DNA from: the human T2T-CHM13v2.0 reference genome, Homo sapiens
Assembly (NCBI RefSeq): GCF_009914755.1
Contig: NC_060936.1
Length of the DNA stretch: 64,000 bases
Strand: one strand, 5' to 3'
How positions within the stretch are numbered: the first letter of the stretch is position 1; each line of letters starts with the position of its first letter. Both the position numbers and the translations under genes were made by a program. The notes under the pieces were generated by a model. The model saw only the letters and a list, made by a program, of their open reading frames with translations. It made no database searches and was not told where the DNA came from. Positions 49,501-64,000 of this stretch are shown here, one piece after another.

Positions 49501-50599
49501 ACTGCCAAGCCCTTTGACTTAAGGGGGAATTTAATCAGTTAAATGTGTCTGTTGCTGCAGAAATTGACATATACCTGTTTGTGTATGTGCTTTTTAGTTA
49601 TGAGAAATTGCATACACACCACTATATATAATGTGTGTGCATTAAGTCTCATAAAGCAAATACTTGTATATTCCCATTCAGTTTAAGAATGAACACAGCG
49701 TCAGTACATTTGAATCCTCCATGTGCCTTCTCTTGTTCTTGGCTGCCCCTCCCATCTGTCTGGAGGCTCTGGCCATGTGCCTGCCTATTCACTTGGTACA
49801 AAGCAATCCCAACACATTCCTGAGCATTCTCTGTGTGATTAAGTGAAGCACAGGTCCTTTTCCCAGGAGCATCCGCAGCAGACCTGAGCTTCAGATGTAG
49901 GTTTCAAAGTTTTTAAAGCATGAACTCTCAGTTGGAATCCCAATATTAAAACAGATAAAAGTTGAGCCTTTCTGGTTGAGGTGGGACAGAGGGGTTCTCT
50001 GCCTCCTTCCCCTTCCCCTGAAACTCCTCCATGGAATTCATAAGCACAGTTTCCTCTGTAGAAGGATGTTTAGATTCTTTCACAGAGCCTGCAGGGTCCT
50101 TGATGATCGTGCCCCTCTGTGCCTTTCCGGCCTCATCTCATGCCAAAGTGAGGCACTTACATCTTCTCAAACATACCATAATGCTCTTCTATCACTATTC
50201 CTTTGAGTTATGCCTTCTACCGAAGCTGCCCCTCCCTCATATCCCTTTCACCCTCTCTCTAAAGAGGAGCTCCTCCTTATTCATCTTTTGAGCCCTCTCT
50301 GAAACTGTGACCTCCTAGGTGCAGTTAGTTGCTCTGTCTTCCTTAGGCCAGTAACAGTTTATTCAAGTCTTTATTTGCATGCTAAATTAACATGTAATTC
50401 TTTACTTCCATGCTTCTTCCCCCTTTTAGATTGTAAGCTCATTGAGGAAAGGAACCATTTATATTCATCTCGTTATTTCCACATATGTGCAGGCCGATAT
50501 TTGAATAAGGAGAAGTTGCTCTCATGCAGCCTTGCAAACTGCATTCCAGCAAGAGACACAACCAAGTTCACATCTCCTAAGGCACGAATGAATTTAGGG

Positions 50600-50900
50600 A
50601 CTGGAGGAACTGATAGAGGGTCAGTGTGGCTGGAGTGAGTGAGGTGTCAGGATGGTAAGAAATGACACTGGAGACCCAGGTGGAGGCTGGATCACCTGGA
50701 GCCCTGTGTGCCATGGGAAGAGACTTGGCATTCTACATGCAGCAGAAGACCATTGAAGAGTTTTAGTCAGGGGAGTGACATGATCTGATTTTTAGTTTAG
50801 AAAGATCTGATGTGGAGATGAACAGGCGAAGAGTGGACCGGCTAGAAGCTGTAGCAGTTTTCTAGATGAGAGATAGTGCGGCTGGGATGATCACAGCAGA
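50600..50900. mobile_element. L2 fragment
   Basis: ccattgaagagttttagtcaggggagtgacatgatctgatt, typical of L2. Confidence 0.65.
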
Positions 50901-53161
50901 TAGTACCACAACTAAAATTTAAAAACTAGAATTATGAAATTATAGTAACTTTAGGTTCTAGAAAAAAAAATTAGCATCAGGACTACTGAGGAAGCTCTGT
51001 TTGGTTAATGGCCACTACTTAGCAGTTTGGTTTTTGGCCACCTTCAGATTGACCATTGTGCAAGGAATTATGGGTATCCTCACCATCAATCCCATTTTTA
51101 CTATTTTTTACTTCGGAAAAACCATGGTGTTAAATGAGTCCATTAAAAAAAAGTTGATTGTTTAGAGGAATAAGGAATGGAGTAAGGAGGGGGAAAGGAG
51201 AGCTGATCCTGTTGCTTAAAAAATTAGAATTAAAAAGAGGGTTCCCATGTGCAAGAAAACATAGCTTTATAAACAATGTAAAGACATAAAAGGTATTGTG
51301 TTAGCAAAAATGTGTAAAAACAATAGCTGCTAATTTCACACCCCATGGGATGAGGGAGCATAAATGTGCTTCAGCTTTAGATAACAGAGTTGTCTCCACT
51401 GGCCAAGCGGGTTCACAGAGCTTTCCTTCAGTCTTGATGCCACAAGAGGGTTGGCAGGCCAGCCGCCAGTAGAGGTGTTAGCAAAACCTACCGATTTCAG
51501 GCTTAATCTTTCACCTACCTTTTCTTTTTCGGTAATGTGTTCATTATTTGCTGAGCATTACTCTATTCTTTGTCTGCAAATTTTTTGTTTCTAATGCAGC
51601 TTGCTTTGTATGGGTGAGATATGGAATGGCACCAAAATCCGGCACCCTGGAAAGCCAGGGATTTCTACCCTATGACAAAAGAATGCCGTCTTGACTTCAG
51701 AGATTGCCTAATCCCAGCTGTTCTGATAATGTAATTAAGGCTGCCTAATGTCTTTAATTTTGCAACCAGTTTGTGTGAAAAGGAGAATTTGGCACTCTGT
51801 AGGCTTAAACACTAAATAGCAATCTCAAGACGCCTAATTAGAATTCTCTGACATTAAGCTAATTGGTGAAACTGTATTTCAGCAGCTTAACTTCTTTATT
51901 AATTTTTTTAGCATTTTCATTGAAAATCAATTGATGAGCTGTCAGCATTTTTCCCTGAAATATGATTTGCTCTTTACTCTCCTGTCTTAAACAGGCTGAA
52001 AGGCCTTGTGCTACCAAGGTATTGAATATTATCACCAGCATTCCTTCCCTTTTAGTCATTTTACTTTTGACCTAAATAATGTGGTGTATTGTGTGGATGG
52101 CCTTGTGGTTTCTCACTGCTCTGTGAACTTGGACAGCATTTTTTCTTTTAAACTGAAATTTTAGGAGTAGGAAAATTTAATAATGAGGCAGTATTTCTGT
52201 TGACTGTGTTCTTACTTTTTACTTCTTTAGTACCAAGGACATTTCCTTGTGTTTGAATCAAGGGGCTACAATAAATTCAGCTGGGATCCAAAAAAACTTT
52301 GTCATAATTTGAGACAAAAGTGTCTAAGTGTAAGGGACTAATTAAAATAGAGCTGAGCTTTTGTTGTTTAGGTTAAGGGCATTCGATTCTGTTCAGGATG
52401 CTTATTCAAGTTCCTTTTGCCAGTTTCCACAGGAAGTTGCTGGAATAGGCTTCTTCATCCCCTCTCACCCCTCTGCACCTGCTTCCATTCCCATATTCTT
52501 TCTTTCCAAGAGTGAAACTGCTGGGTCTCACTGTAAGAAAGGATTAAGCTCTCAGAGGAGGAAGTTTTCTTTTTAGAACACTTCTGACATAGTAAATTCA
52601 AATCCAAGATCCAGGCTTTTCTATCTGAAAAGGTGGTTTTAGTAGAAAAGTGGAAGGACATGTCTTAACTTTAAAGAAGGAAAAGCATGAAATCCAGTTC
52701 CACTTAGGAAATTCCTTCTTTGGCACTAGCTAGAGGAGAAGATTCATTTGCTTTGAATACCTTCTTCATTCTGAGTCAAAAAACTACCTATCAGAAGCAT
52801 TCAGGAATATAGTCAGTATGGAATCTGGAAAATCTTTAGCTTAAACATACTTCACTGAACCTCAGAATTCTTTAAGAAATTAATTAGTATAAATATGCCC
52901 CCCATATTACTTTAATGTTTTGTTATTTAACTTAGATCACAAATATATTGAGCTTTTTTCTTCCACTGCAAAGAAAAAAGATGTGTACAAAGGGAAAAAA
53001 CTAATAGAATTAATTGTATAGGAGTATTTAGTATGCATAATATCTATTATATTACTGAAGAAGTCTACTTTTTTTTTATTTATAGTGAGCCAGATATTTA
53101 GTTTTGCTTTTTTTTTTTTTTTTTTTTTTAATGAACTTGATATAACTGGCATTCTGGTTAT

Positions 53162-53562
53162 GTGTTACTCTGTTACATGCTATCTCAAAATGGTGGCTTA
53201 AAACAACAACCATTTTATTATACATACCTCACAGTTTTGTGGGTCAAGAATTCAGGCAGGACTTGGCTATTTGATTCTTTTGTTTCACATGGTGTTGATG
53301 GAGGTTGGTTGGTTGATGTTCTGCTAGAGGTTGGTGGGAAGGGCTGGAAAGCTAGGCTCAGGCGTTTCCAGAGTTGTCACATTCGGTGGCTCAGGAATCT
53401 AAGAGTAAGTGTTTCCCATAGACAAGAAACTGTGTGACCTTAGTGACCTAGACTGAAAGTCACAGCATCACTTATGTTTATTCTATTGGTCAAATAGTCC
53501 CCACCCAGATGTGGGGCAGTGGGGCACGGGGGTAGGGATGGACATGGGCCACACCTCTCAAT
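53162..53562 (-). mobile_element. MLT1-family LTR (old)
   Basis: ggtggcttaaaacaacaaccattt...gggtcaagaattcaggcagg...aagtcacagcatcactt. Confidence 0.65.
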
Positions 53563-54990
53563 GTTTGCTTCAGGGATCAGCCAGAGATTTGGGCAAAGTT
53601 TATATATATAGTTTGGAGTTTTCTTCCTTGGGTTCTCTCCTTTATGGAATTCCCCTTCACCTTCCAGCTACTCAAATCCAGTAGTTCAGATCTTTTTCTT
53701 CTGTTTCTTCAGTCCAGTAAGACTGCAGGTCTTTCTCTGAGTTTCAGCTTCCCAGTGTGGCTTGGACCCTTTTTATTAACGTGGCCTACCCTTAGGTGAA
53801 AAGCCTTAAAAATGAGATGTGTACCCAGTGCCATTCACTCTCAGTGTCCTGCTTTTGGACACTCCCTAGTGCCTTCAAAAAGTTTTTAAATGTTTTGTCC
53901 AGAATTTATGATTATTATCTGCAGATGAATCCGTCTGATAGGACCTACTCTACCAATTCGGGAAACAGAGCCACCTAGTCTGTTTTCATGACTTACTGTT
54001 CTATCCCGTTGATTTGGCTTCCATAATCACTGTTTTAAAATATCACTGTGGTTTAATAGCATTTATAGGTAATTTTTAACATAAAAATTTAAATGTTACA
54101 TTTATATGTTATGAAGGGTACAAATAAAATGAACAACCTCAAGGCCACTACTCAACAACTAGACTATTACCAATAGCATTTCATTTACCTATGTACCCCC
54201 TACTCCATTCTTCATTTTCCCCTACCATCCTGAACTTTTGCATTTTTTAATTTCTTGATTTATTATATCATTTACATCTTTAATTTTAAAGTTTTAAAAT
54301 TATTTATTACAGTATAAGCTTTGCTTACTTTTGAACTTTATAGAAATAGATCCATATACCGTATAATTTCTCTGCAATTTTTTTCTTCTTTCAACATTAA
54401 GATGTGTCTATATTGTTGCATGTTACTGTAGTTCATTTTCATTTCTGTTTTCCATTGTGTCAAGATGTGATACAGTATGATGAATACCACTTTATTCATT
54501 CTACTGATCAAGGACTTTGTATTGTTTCTCCCCATTTGACATTAAAAAAAAAAACACAACAACACTGGCATTCTTATTTATATCTCCTGGTTTCCATATG
54601 CAAGAGTTTCTCTAAGGAGGATTGCCTAGTCATGGAGTCAGAGTCAAGTTAAATTTTTACCTGAACTGCAGAATGTCACACTAGTTTGCCAAGTATTTCT
54701 ACATTACGTTGTATATGAATTTCTGATGAGCTCCGTCCCATGACTTACTATCAAACTTTTAAGTTTTTGTCTAATAGATGCAAAATGGCATCTCCTTGTG
54801 GTCTTAATTTGCATTTTCTATATTACTAATGAGGTTGAGCCCCTTTTCATGTACTTATTGACTATTCCTGTTTTCTTTGCAATGTCTTTTGGGTTGTTCC
54901 CATTTTTGTTACTGATTTCAAGGAGATTTTTGTATATTTTGCTTCCTAATTTTTTGTTATATGTGTTGCAGATATCCTTTTCCAGTCTAA

Positions 54991-55320
<330 letters not shown>

Positions 55321-55395
55321 TAGTATTTTAAAGTGCTACTAATTTGTGCTTTTAGTTGCAGCCATTTGTCAACTTATCTAACTTTTAATAGTGCT

Positions 55396-55813
55396 TGATA
55401 TGGTTTGGATCTGTGTCCCCACCCAAATCTCATGTTGACATGTAATCCCCGATGCTGGACGTGGGGCCTGGTGGGAGGTGATTGGGTCATGGGGGTGGTT
55501 TTTAATGGCTTAGCACCATCCTCCTAGTGCCATTTTCTTGGTAGAATTCTCATGAGATCTGGTTGCTTAAAAATATGTAGCATCGTCCCCTTCTCCCTCT
55601 TCTTCCTGCTCTGGCCATATAAGACATGCTTGCTTCCCCTTTGCCTTCTGCCATAATTGTAAGTTTCCTGAGGCCTCCCCAGAAACTGAGCAGATGGCCA
55701 GCATCATGCTTCCTATACAGCCTGAAGAACCATGAACCAATTAAACCTCTTTTCTTTATAAAGTATATAGTCTCAGTTGTTTCTTTATAGCAATGCAAGA
55801 GCAGACTAATACA
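55396..55813 (+). mobile_element. MSTA/MSTB solo LTR
   Basis: tgatatggtttggatctgtgtcccc...gactaataca; 5-bp TSD gtgct at 55391-55395 and 55814-55818. Confidence 0.92.
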
Positions 55814-56677
55814 GTGCTCTTTATTTTTTAAACTTGTGTGTTTAGTATTTGTTCTTTTGTTCATCTGGAATGAAGTAAGGAATCCAATTTCATTTGTTTT
55901 CTAAATGGATAACTGGTTGTCCCAGCTCCATTTATTGTATAGTCTTTCATTTCCTCGCTGATCCAAAATGCATCTCTATCATATAACAAGTTTTATTGTA
56001 TGTGCAGATCTTTTCTGGACTCTTTGGTCTATCCATTGGTCAGCTTGTCTATGTATTCATTAGTACCTTTACCTTTTTTAGGAGTGTCTTGGCTATTTCA
56101 GGGTCTTAGCTTTTCCATATAAATTTTGGAATTATTTTGTCAATTTTCATCAAAGTAAGTCTTCTAGGGATTCTAATTGGCATTGCATTGGAACTGTAGA
56201 TCAATTTGGAGAAGATTCGTAATCTTAAAATATGTAGGCTTTTTATCCATGAATATTTTCTTTTCATTTATTTTGGTTTTCTTTGATGTTTTTCAATAAA
56301 GATTTATAATTTTATTCATGAGGGTCTTGCACCTCTTTCAGATTTATTTCTAAGTTTTTAAGGGTTTTTGGTAGACATTTTAAATAAAAATATGAACATT
56401 TTCAAAAATATACAAAAATAGAATAGTAAAATTAACTGCCATATATCCATCACAGACCTTCAACTATTATCAGTAGAAGGCAATCTTGTTTCCTCTGTAC
56501 CCTTCTCAACTCTTTCCCCTCCCCTTATTCCCCAAATTATGTTGTTTAAACAAATTGTCGCCATCAAATCATTTCATTATCTCAGATGTCAAATCACATT
56601 CTGTAAATACTTAAAAATGTGTCCCTAAAAGACATGACTAAAATTTTTCACACCTTTTCACACATTAAAATTTTTTA

Positions 56678-57467
<790 letters not shown>

Positions 57468-59429
57468 CTCATGGTGTCTTTTAACATATATATATATTCC
57501 TCTCCCTCCTAAATTTCTTATAAACCAGGAGTTAAATCTAGAGGATAGATGGTATTCCGGTTTTGGTTTGGTTTAGTTTTTGGGACTAGAACACTTCATG
57601 GGTGGTGGGAGTATATCCTATCCTGTATGTCTGATTTTATCCACTTTTTGTGCCATTGAAATTGATCATTGGGTTTAGGTGTTTGGGTCCCTGATTCATC
57701 CATTATTAAGTTCCCCATCAACTTTTCTCCTGATAGTTTTATTTAGCATCTGATGATGATCATTTCCTTTATTCATTATCTCATTAGGGCATGCAAAACA
57801 GTGATATTCTAACATTTTCATCCTGGTCCATTTATTAGCTGGAATTTTTTAATAAAGAGTACTTTCATTGTCATCCCTTTTGTTACCCTGAAACATAATT
57901 TCCATGGGAAAGGTGGGGTAAATGCTTGCTAGATTTTTTTTTAAGCCTGTTTGCAGAATAATGATTTAGTTCTCTAATTTCCTCCAGAAGTGAATAGTGA
58001 AGGTGTTTTTTCTCTGAGTATTATTATAAACTTAGGAATTTTAACATTTTTACTTAAGTTTTAGAATTAGCTTCTCCATTTTCACAAATAAATAAATAAA
58101 AGCCTGCAAGCTTTTTCATTGAGATTGCATTTGAATTTGTAGGTCAATTTGGGGAGAACTGATATCTAAATAATATTTAGCTTTCCAATCCATGAACATA
58201 TCATCTCACCTATTGAAATTTTCTTTAATTTCTTTCAGTAATTTTCAGTTGCTTTGTGTTTATTGGCCTTGTATCTTGCAAACTTGCTAAACACATGTGC
58301 TATTTCTATTAAGGTTTTTTTCTTAGATTCTTTTGGATTTTCTATGTGGATGAACATATTATCTGCAAGTAAAGACAGTTTTATTGCTTCTTTTCCAATA
58401 TTTATATCTTTTATTTATTTATCTTGTCCTATGGAACTGAATGGCACCTCCAATACAATGTTGAATAGGAGTGTTGAGCATGGGCAATCTTTTCTTTTTC
58501 CCACATTTTCTAAAGGAAAGCTTTCAGTTTCCTGCCCCTCCCTGTGGTATCTGGCCCCTGCTGTGTATCAGTGCAGGATCTTTGCCCAACCAGGTTTCCT
58601 GCTCCTCCCCTAGGGAAAGATGCTTCTCCCTCCTCTTCTCTCTGGCATTGCACCTTTTCCTGGAATCAGAGGATTTGCTGGACCTCTTCCGGGGGTAGAC
58701 TGTTGTTGCTAGTTACTGTAGGTGCAGAGTTTGTTGGGAGAGCCTGGGGGATTAGGGACAGACAGCTTTTGCTTCTGTCCCTCTCTGAGAAGAGGTTATT
58801 TTTGCCTCCTGGGACTTTGCCAGGCAGGAGGGTGTCCTGCCCCCTTCCCAGGGACTTAGGTGTTGCTTCCTATGCAAGAAAGCCCAGGGAAGTAGGTAGG
58901 TAGGGTTTTATTGCCTGTTTTCCAACAAAGGGGTCTTTCTCAGGTTTTCTCCTCACTGCAGCCTTTCATGAGCACTCCACAGAAAGGAACTTGTGAGTGG
59001 GAGTGGACACTTCTTGTGCCTGGGCTTCAGAAGAATTCTGAACTTGTGTGGCAGTCCACATTTGGCCTTTAAGAAGTCCTTAAAATTTTAGCTGATTCCT
59101 TCAATTACACTATTTGCATCCTAACTTTTCTTTAAAGTTTAACCACCTAGTTGTACCTTTCTAAACAATATAATGTAGTTGTGCTGGGTTTTGAACCTTA
59201 TATAAATGGAATCATGCCATATATATGTTGTTTTATGTCTGGTTTCTTTTGCTGAGTATTTGTTTTTAATACTCAGCCATGATTTTGTGGTTAGTTATTT
59301 TTTGTTCATTTTCATTGTTTTACAGTGTTTCATTATACGAGTCTACCACAGTTTGTCTATATATTATTTGTATGGTTTCCAGATTTTAGCTGCTATGAAT
59401 AGCTAGTATAAGTATCTTGAGTGCCCTCC

Positions 59430-59534
59430 TCCTGCCAGCAGCACTGTCATCTCCTGGGAGCTGATTAGGCATTCATACTCGTGGGCACTACCTTAGACCT
59501 ACTAAGCTGGAAATTGTAAGGGCAGGGCCTGCAA

Positions 59535-59589
<55 letters not shown>

Positions 59590-59998
59590 AAGACAGAGTC
59601 TCACTCTGTCGCTCAGGCTGGAGTGTAGTGGCGCAATCTCGGCTCACTGCAACCTCTACCTCCTGGGTTCAAGCAGTTCTCTGCTTCAGCTTCCCAAATA
59701 GCTGGGATTACAGGCACCCGCCACCAGACCCGGCTAATTTTTGTATTTTTAGTAGAGACAGGGTTTCACCATCTTGGCCAGGCTGGTCTTGAACTCCAGC
59801 TAATTTTTGTATTTTTAGTAGAGACAGGGTTTCACCATCTTGGCCAGGCTGGTCTTGAACTCCTGACCTCGTGATCAACCCACCTTGGCCTCCCAAAGTG
59901 CTGGGATTACAGGCATGAGCCACCACGCCCGGGTGCAATTTGTGTTTTAACAATCCCTCAGAGTGATTACTACACATGCTAAAGTTTGAGAAACACTC
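59430..59998. mobile_element. MER5A interrupted by an antisense Alu (~59587-59933) that carries a 66-bp internal duplication and a (TG)25 tract
   Basis: MER5A halves on both sides; TSD tgcaatttgtgt. Confidence 0.85.
59537..59586 (+). repeat. (TG)25 microsatellite
   Basis: Read directly. Confidence 0.97.
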
Positions 59999-60511
59999 CT
60001 GCAGCAGGTATAACTAGGAGAGGAACTGTTGGGGCACAGGGATGGGTAGATAATGGCAAACTGTTTCCTAAGTGATTGTACCAATTTATACCTTTACCAA
60101 TGATACAGGAAACATCTTGGATATCTTCAGAGTTTATAATGGTAATTCTTCTCCACCGTCCCCCCCCCCCCCGTCCTTTTTGGTTTTAATATATAACTTT
60201 ATCTGTAAAATTAAAAATTAGGTCATTGGTCAATGAAATCTGAAAGTCTAGAAGTGACTGGTCTAAAGAAAATGTCTTTGAATGCAGTGAGTATGTCATC
60301 ATCTTTGCTCTCGTTTAAATGCCTAGCACGGTGTTAAGCACATAGAAAATTATGTACATATCTGTCAAACTGAATTTGAAAATAGCAATTTTTTTTCTGT
60401 TTTAAGCAGTTTCTCCATCTTATTTTTTAAAAATCTTAAGACCTAAAATTTATTAAAATAATCTAGCAATGCTTTTTGAAAAATCACCATATACCTTTTT
60501 TTTTTTTTTAG

Positions 60512-60694
<183 letters not shown>

Positions 60695-62476
60695 TAGGAT
60701 TTTGTAATTTATTTGTAAACCTATTCAATAGAACAGAAACTTAAAGCACTTTGAGAATCCAGGTGAAATATATATATCAAAACGAATGTTTACAAAGCAC
60801 AAATTTCTACTTTGAAAGAAAGTCTGAAGTGTTTATTACTATAACTTTCCTGCCAAATTATAGTTGCTGTTATATGAGGCAATAAGAAAATAGATACTCT
60901 TATATAGAGGAAAAATCTTCATTGAACTGTTAATAACCATTCTTTTAAAGAATACTTTCCCCTATTTTATTCTGTAGTAAAATTGACGCATTTCAGGCAG
61001 GTTTATTAATTATCAACCTTTTGTCCAAAATAATACAAAGTGTTTCATTTCACAGGAGGTTTATATTCTTCAAAGACCTATCAGCTGTTCCTCACATAAG
61101 CAATGAATTCAGTTCTGGATGAATTCAGTTCTCGGCAGCTGCTGTGTAGTCAGGGTCTCAGGCTATTCATAAAAGGTTATCAGATGGGTTTTTGCTTCCT
61201 TTCTTAAAGCATAACAACTATAGGTCTATCTGATGAAGTCTGGTTCATGTTTTGCATGCCAGACATAAAATTAGTTTTATGGATGAGATTTTGCCCCAAC
61301 AAAGCATAGTATAATCTACCATGTTGATTCCCTTAATGATGAAAGAATTAGTGCAAACTTGCTTCAATACTTGACTTTAGAACTTTATAGTGTGTCTGTG
61401 TGAGTGGCCCATACAGTGACAGCTACATCTAAATTTGAGGAGAACCAGGCCTTTGTCCCTATTTAGGCACATAAACTCTAGTGGCCCAAAGTCGTCTGAG
61501 GTGGATCCCTGAATATTTGAAGAGAATCTTCCAAAGAATGCTTGAACAAACTTCTGTTAGAATTACTTTTCCTTGCTTCCTCACCCATGATTTTCAGGTC
61601 AAAAGAGCTATTTTGAGTAGTTCTTTTGCTCCTAAAGAAAACTGCTTTACCTCCCTGATAGAACTGCTTATTACAAAAATCAGTAGCAGGCCTAGTTACA
61701 GGTGTGCCCCACTCTAGGCAACAGAAAAAGATCAACCTTTAAAATTCTTAATGTTGCTATTAGAAGAATGCTTTTACCAAATACATTTTTCTCAAAGGAG
61801 CATTTTTAGCCCTCTTGTCTGTTTCTCGTCTCTCCCTTTTGTAATACTCCTACAGAATACAAGAACAAATTCTCTTGCTGAACATCTTGGCTTCACTCCC
61901 ATCTACTTGCTGCTTGCCAACAGCTGCTGCCTTATTTTAGCTGTGTGCTGAATACTTATTTACCTTATTTACTCTTACTCTGTGGGCATAAGTCAGTTTA
62001 CTAGATTCATTCTGCCTCCAAGGATAAAAGGAGTTAATGAAATAAGTAATAATATGAGAGGTTCATTTGTGGGATATATATGGTCGCTGTGTTTCTTTGC
62101 CTTATAATAGGGTTTCTTAGAGTTTAGCTCTTTCCCACGTTTCAGAAACTCAAGGTTCCAAAGTGATCGATCTTCACTATAACAGTGAGCCAACTGTAAT
62201 TTGTGAGGGAGCTCCCCCAAAGTTACATATTTTAATGCAAACAGATCATCTAATCTTTTCCTGAAGCCTTAGCAGTTTTTCTGCTACAAGGGTTTTTAAC
62301 CTGGGATCCACAAGAGTCCAAAAATGAATATAAAATTTTTGTTCTTGTTTCTATGTGCATTTTTCTCAAGAGAACATTCCTGGCTTTTATTGGGTCCTCT
62401 GAGGAGGAATGAAGAACCATGGCAGGTGCAGTTTTTCTCTTTAGAATTGTGAGCAAATCTTATTGTCTGCTTTGCT

Positions 62477-62753
62477 CTTTTTGCTTTTTTTTGGACAGCA
62501 TCTTACTTCGAGGCTGGAGTACAGTGGTGCAATCTCAGCTCCCTGCAGCCCCTGCCTTTTGGGCTCAAGTGATCCTCCCACATAGCTAGAAATACAGACG
62601 TGCACCACCACGCCCAGCTAGTTTTTGTATTCTTAGTAGAGATGAGGTTTTGCCACGTTGGCAGGCTGGTCTTGAACTCCTGACCTGAGGTGATCCACCC
62701 ACCTCGGCCTCCCAAAGTGCTGGAATTATAGGCGTGAGCCAACACACCCGGCC
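62477..62753 (-). mobile_element. Alu, antisense (diverged, small deletions)
   Basis: Reverse Alu; flanking tgctttgct. Confidence 0.9.
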
Positions 62754-63587
62754 TGCTTTGCTTTTTTGATGAATACTGTTTTCTACTGTTAATTCATGTT
62801 ACCATGAATTTAAATTTCAAAAATTTCTAATCTTAATCTTTATCCTTGAGAATATTTTTAATGTATACAATTAATACAATTATAAAATATATTTAAAATA
62901 ATACAACATATTTAATGCATAAGAAGATAAAGTAAATTTAATGTTCAAGGTTTAGTTCATATGAATCTATTTTAATAATGACACAGTGGCCACAGAGAAT
63001 ATATGTTTCTTAATATGAATATATGTACTATTTTTAGATTCCTTAAACCTTAATTAAGAAGCCTTCAGTTTGTTCATTATCCTAAGTAAATGATATCTGA
63101 GTTATTTTTCTGTTGCTACATTTTCCTGTTCTTAAGACTAACTTTGGAAAACATCCAAATAATAGCACATTCCTACATGAAATGATCTCTTTGAGCTTCA
63201 TACTAGTTTTCCTTTAAATGTGTATAGAAATTGCTGGTGTTTTATCAGTTAGCTTATGACTTCCCATGGAAATCTCTGGTTGAACTGGCTCTTCATTATA
63301 GAATTAGTTCCTCAGAAGGTGAGTGCTCTGATGTGGTAAGGTTATGCGTCGAATAATTCTGAGATGGTTGCTAGACATAGTAATGTTCATTATCTTCCTA
63401 GAAAACCCCAGCAAGTGACTTGACTAAACTTTCATTTTAATTGTGACACTTTGATTTCTGAATATATGTCATGGTTCTAATTTCGTAAGCATGAAGCTCC
63501 TGTAATGAACTTCTTGGAGTGACCGCACGGTATCAGACAACATAGGATTGGGTTAGGAATAGTCTTATGTCTTTCATCTCCCTACAG

Positions 63588-63788
63588 GGAAATTGGTCTT
63601 TAAAGAGATTTAAAATGGACCGCCAGGGTGTAACCCAAGTGCTGTCTCGCTTGTCATATATATCCGCACTGGGCATGATGACAAGAATCTCTTCCCAGTT
63701 TGAAAAAACGAGAAAAGTGAGTGGTCCTCGCTCCCTCCAGCCATCTCAGTGGGGAATGCTGTGTCCTTCGGACACTCCTGAAGGAGAG
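63588..63788 (+). CDS. POLR3B: POLR3B exon (probably exon 14, 201 nt): [67 protein letters not shown]
   Basis: cctacag| acceptor, GAG|gtaagg donor; fork-region motif GxxCPxxTPEG; seen in ORF 63567..63821. Confidence 0.97.
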
Positions 63789-64000
63789 GTAAGGAATCTG
63801 AGGAGTCTTGATGCTGTGTAAGAGGCGATACCTATGTCTGTGCATGGGGTGGGGTGGGGAGGTCTGCTTCTGTTCCCATCTCCAGGCCATATCCTTTCTT
63901 TGGTCTGTCATTTATCTGGCAAATAAATATTGACATGCTTGGAAGACTACATTAGTATCATTCTAAAACTAGGACCTGCAGAAGCATTTGATTCAGTATG

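Noticed and set aside
58471-58903. GC-richer ORFs in intron 12
   Set aside because: No recognisable homology or splice context; probably decayed old L1 5' sequence.

Overview
Primate (almost certainly human) genomic DNA from the interior of POLR3B, which encodes RPC2, the second-largest subunit of RNA polymerase III, on the + strand. Eleven coding exons are present: the 3' end of one exon at 1-37 and ten complete exons. All have GT-AG boundaries and splice into one open frame from ...VTSDADPMWYLK to ...[10 protein letters not shown]; by recalled cDNA numbering they are exons 4-14. The rest (about 98%) is intron densely filled with transposable elements: about 30 Alus, a full-length dead L1PA element and a 5'-truncated L1PA (both sense to the gene), a full-length Tigger1, MER82, Tigger4a, MER5A, MST/MLT LTRs, old L1M/L2/MIR fragments and microsatellites. 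Most ORFs in the supplied track are Alu or L1 artefacts. I see no new gene or prokaryote-type system. The most notable observations are: (1) a MER41B ERV fragment inside Tigger1 with the structure of an L1-retroposed mRNA (internal 3' end + U3 + R, poly(A), no U5, long TSD) that retains one GAS/STAT motif; (2) a full-length L1 with broken ORF1/ORF2 but an open antisense ORF0 and the ~129-bp ZNF93-target segment; (3) a repeat-free, homeodomain-motif-dense candidate enhancer at ~51.7 kb; (4) several small duplications and a probable templated insertion. Repeat family names and exon numbers come from recalled consensus sequences, not from a database search.
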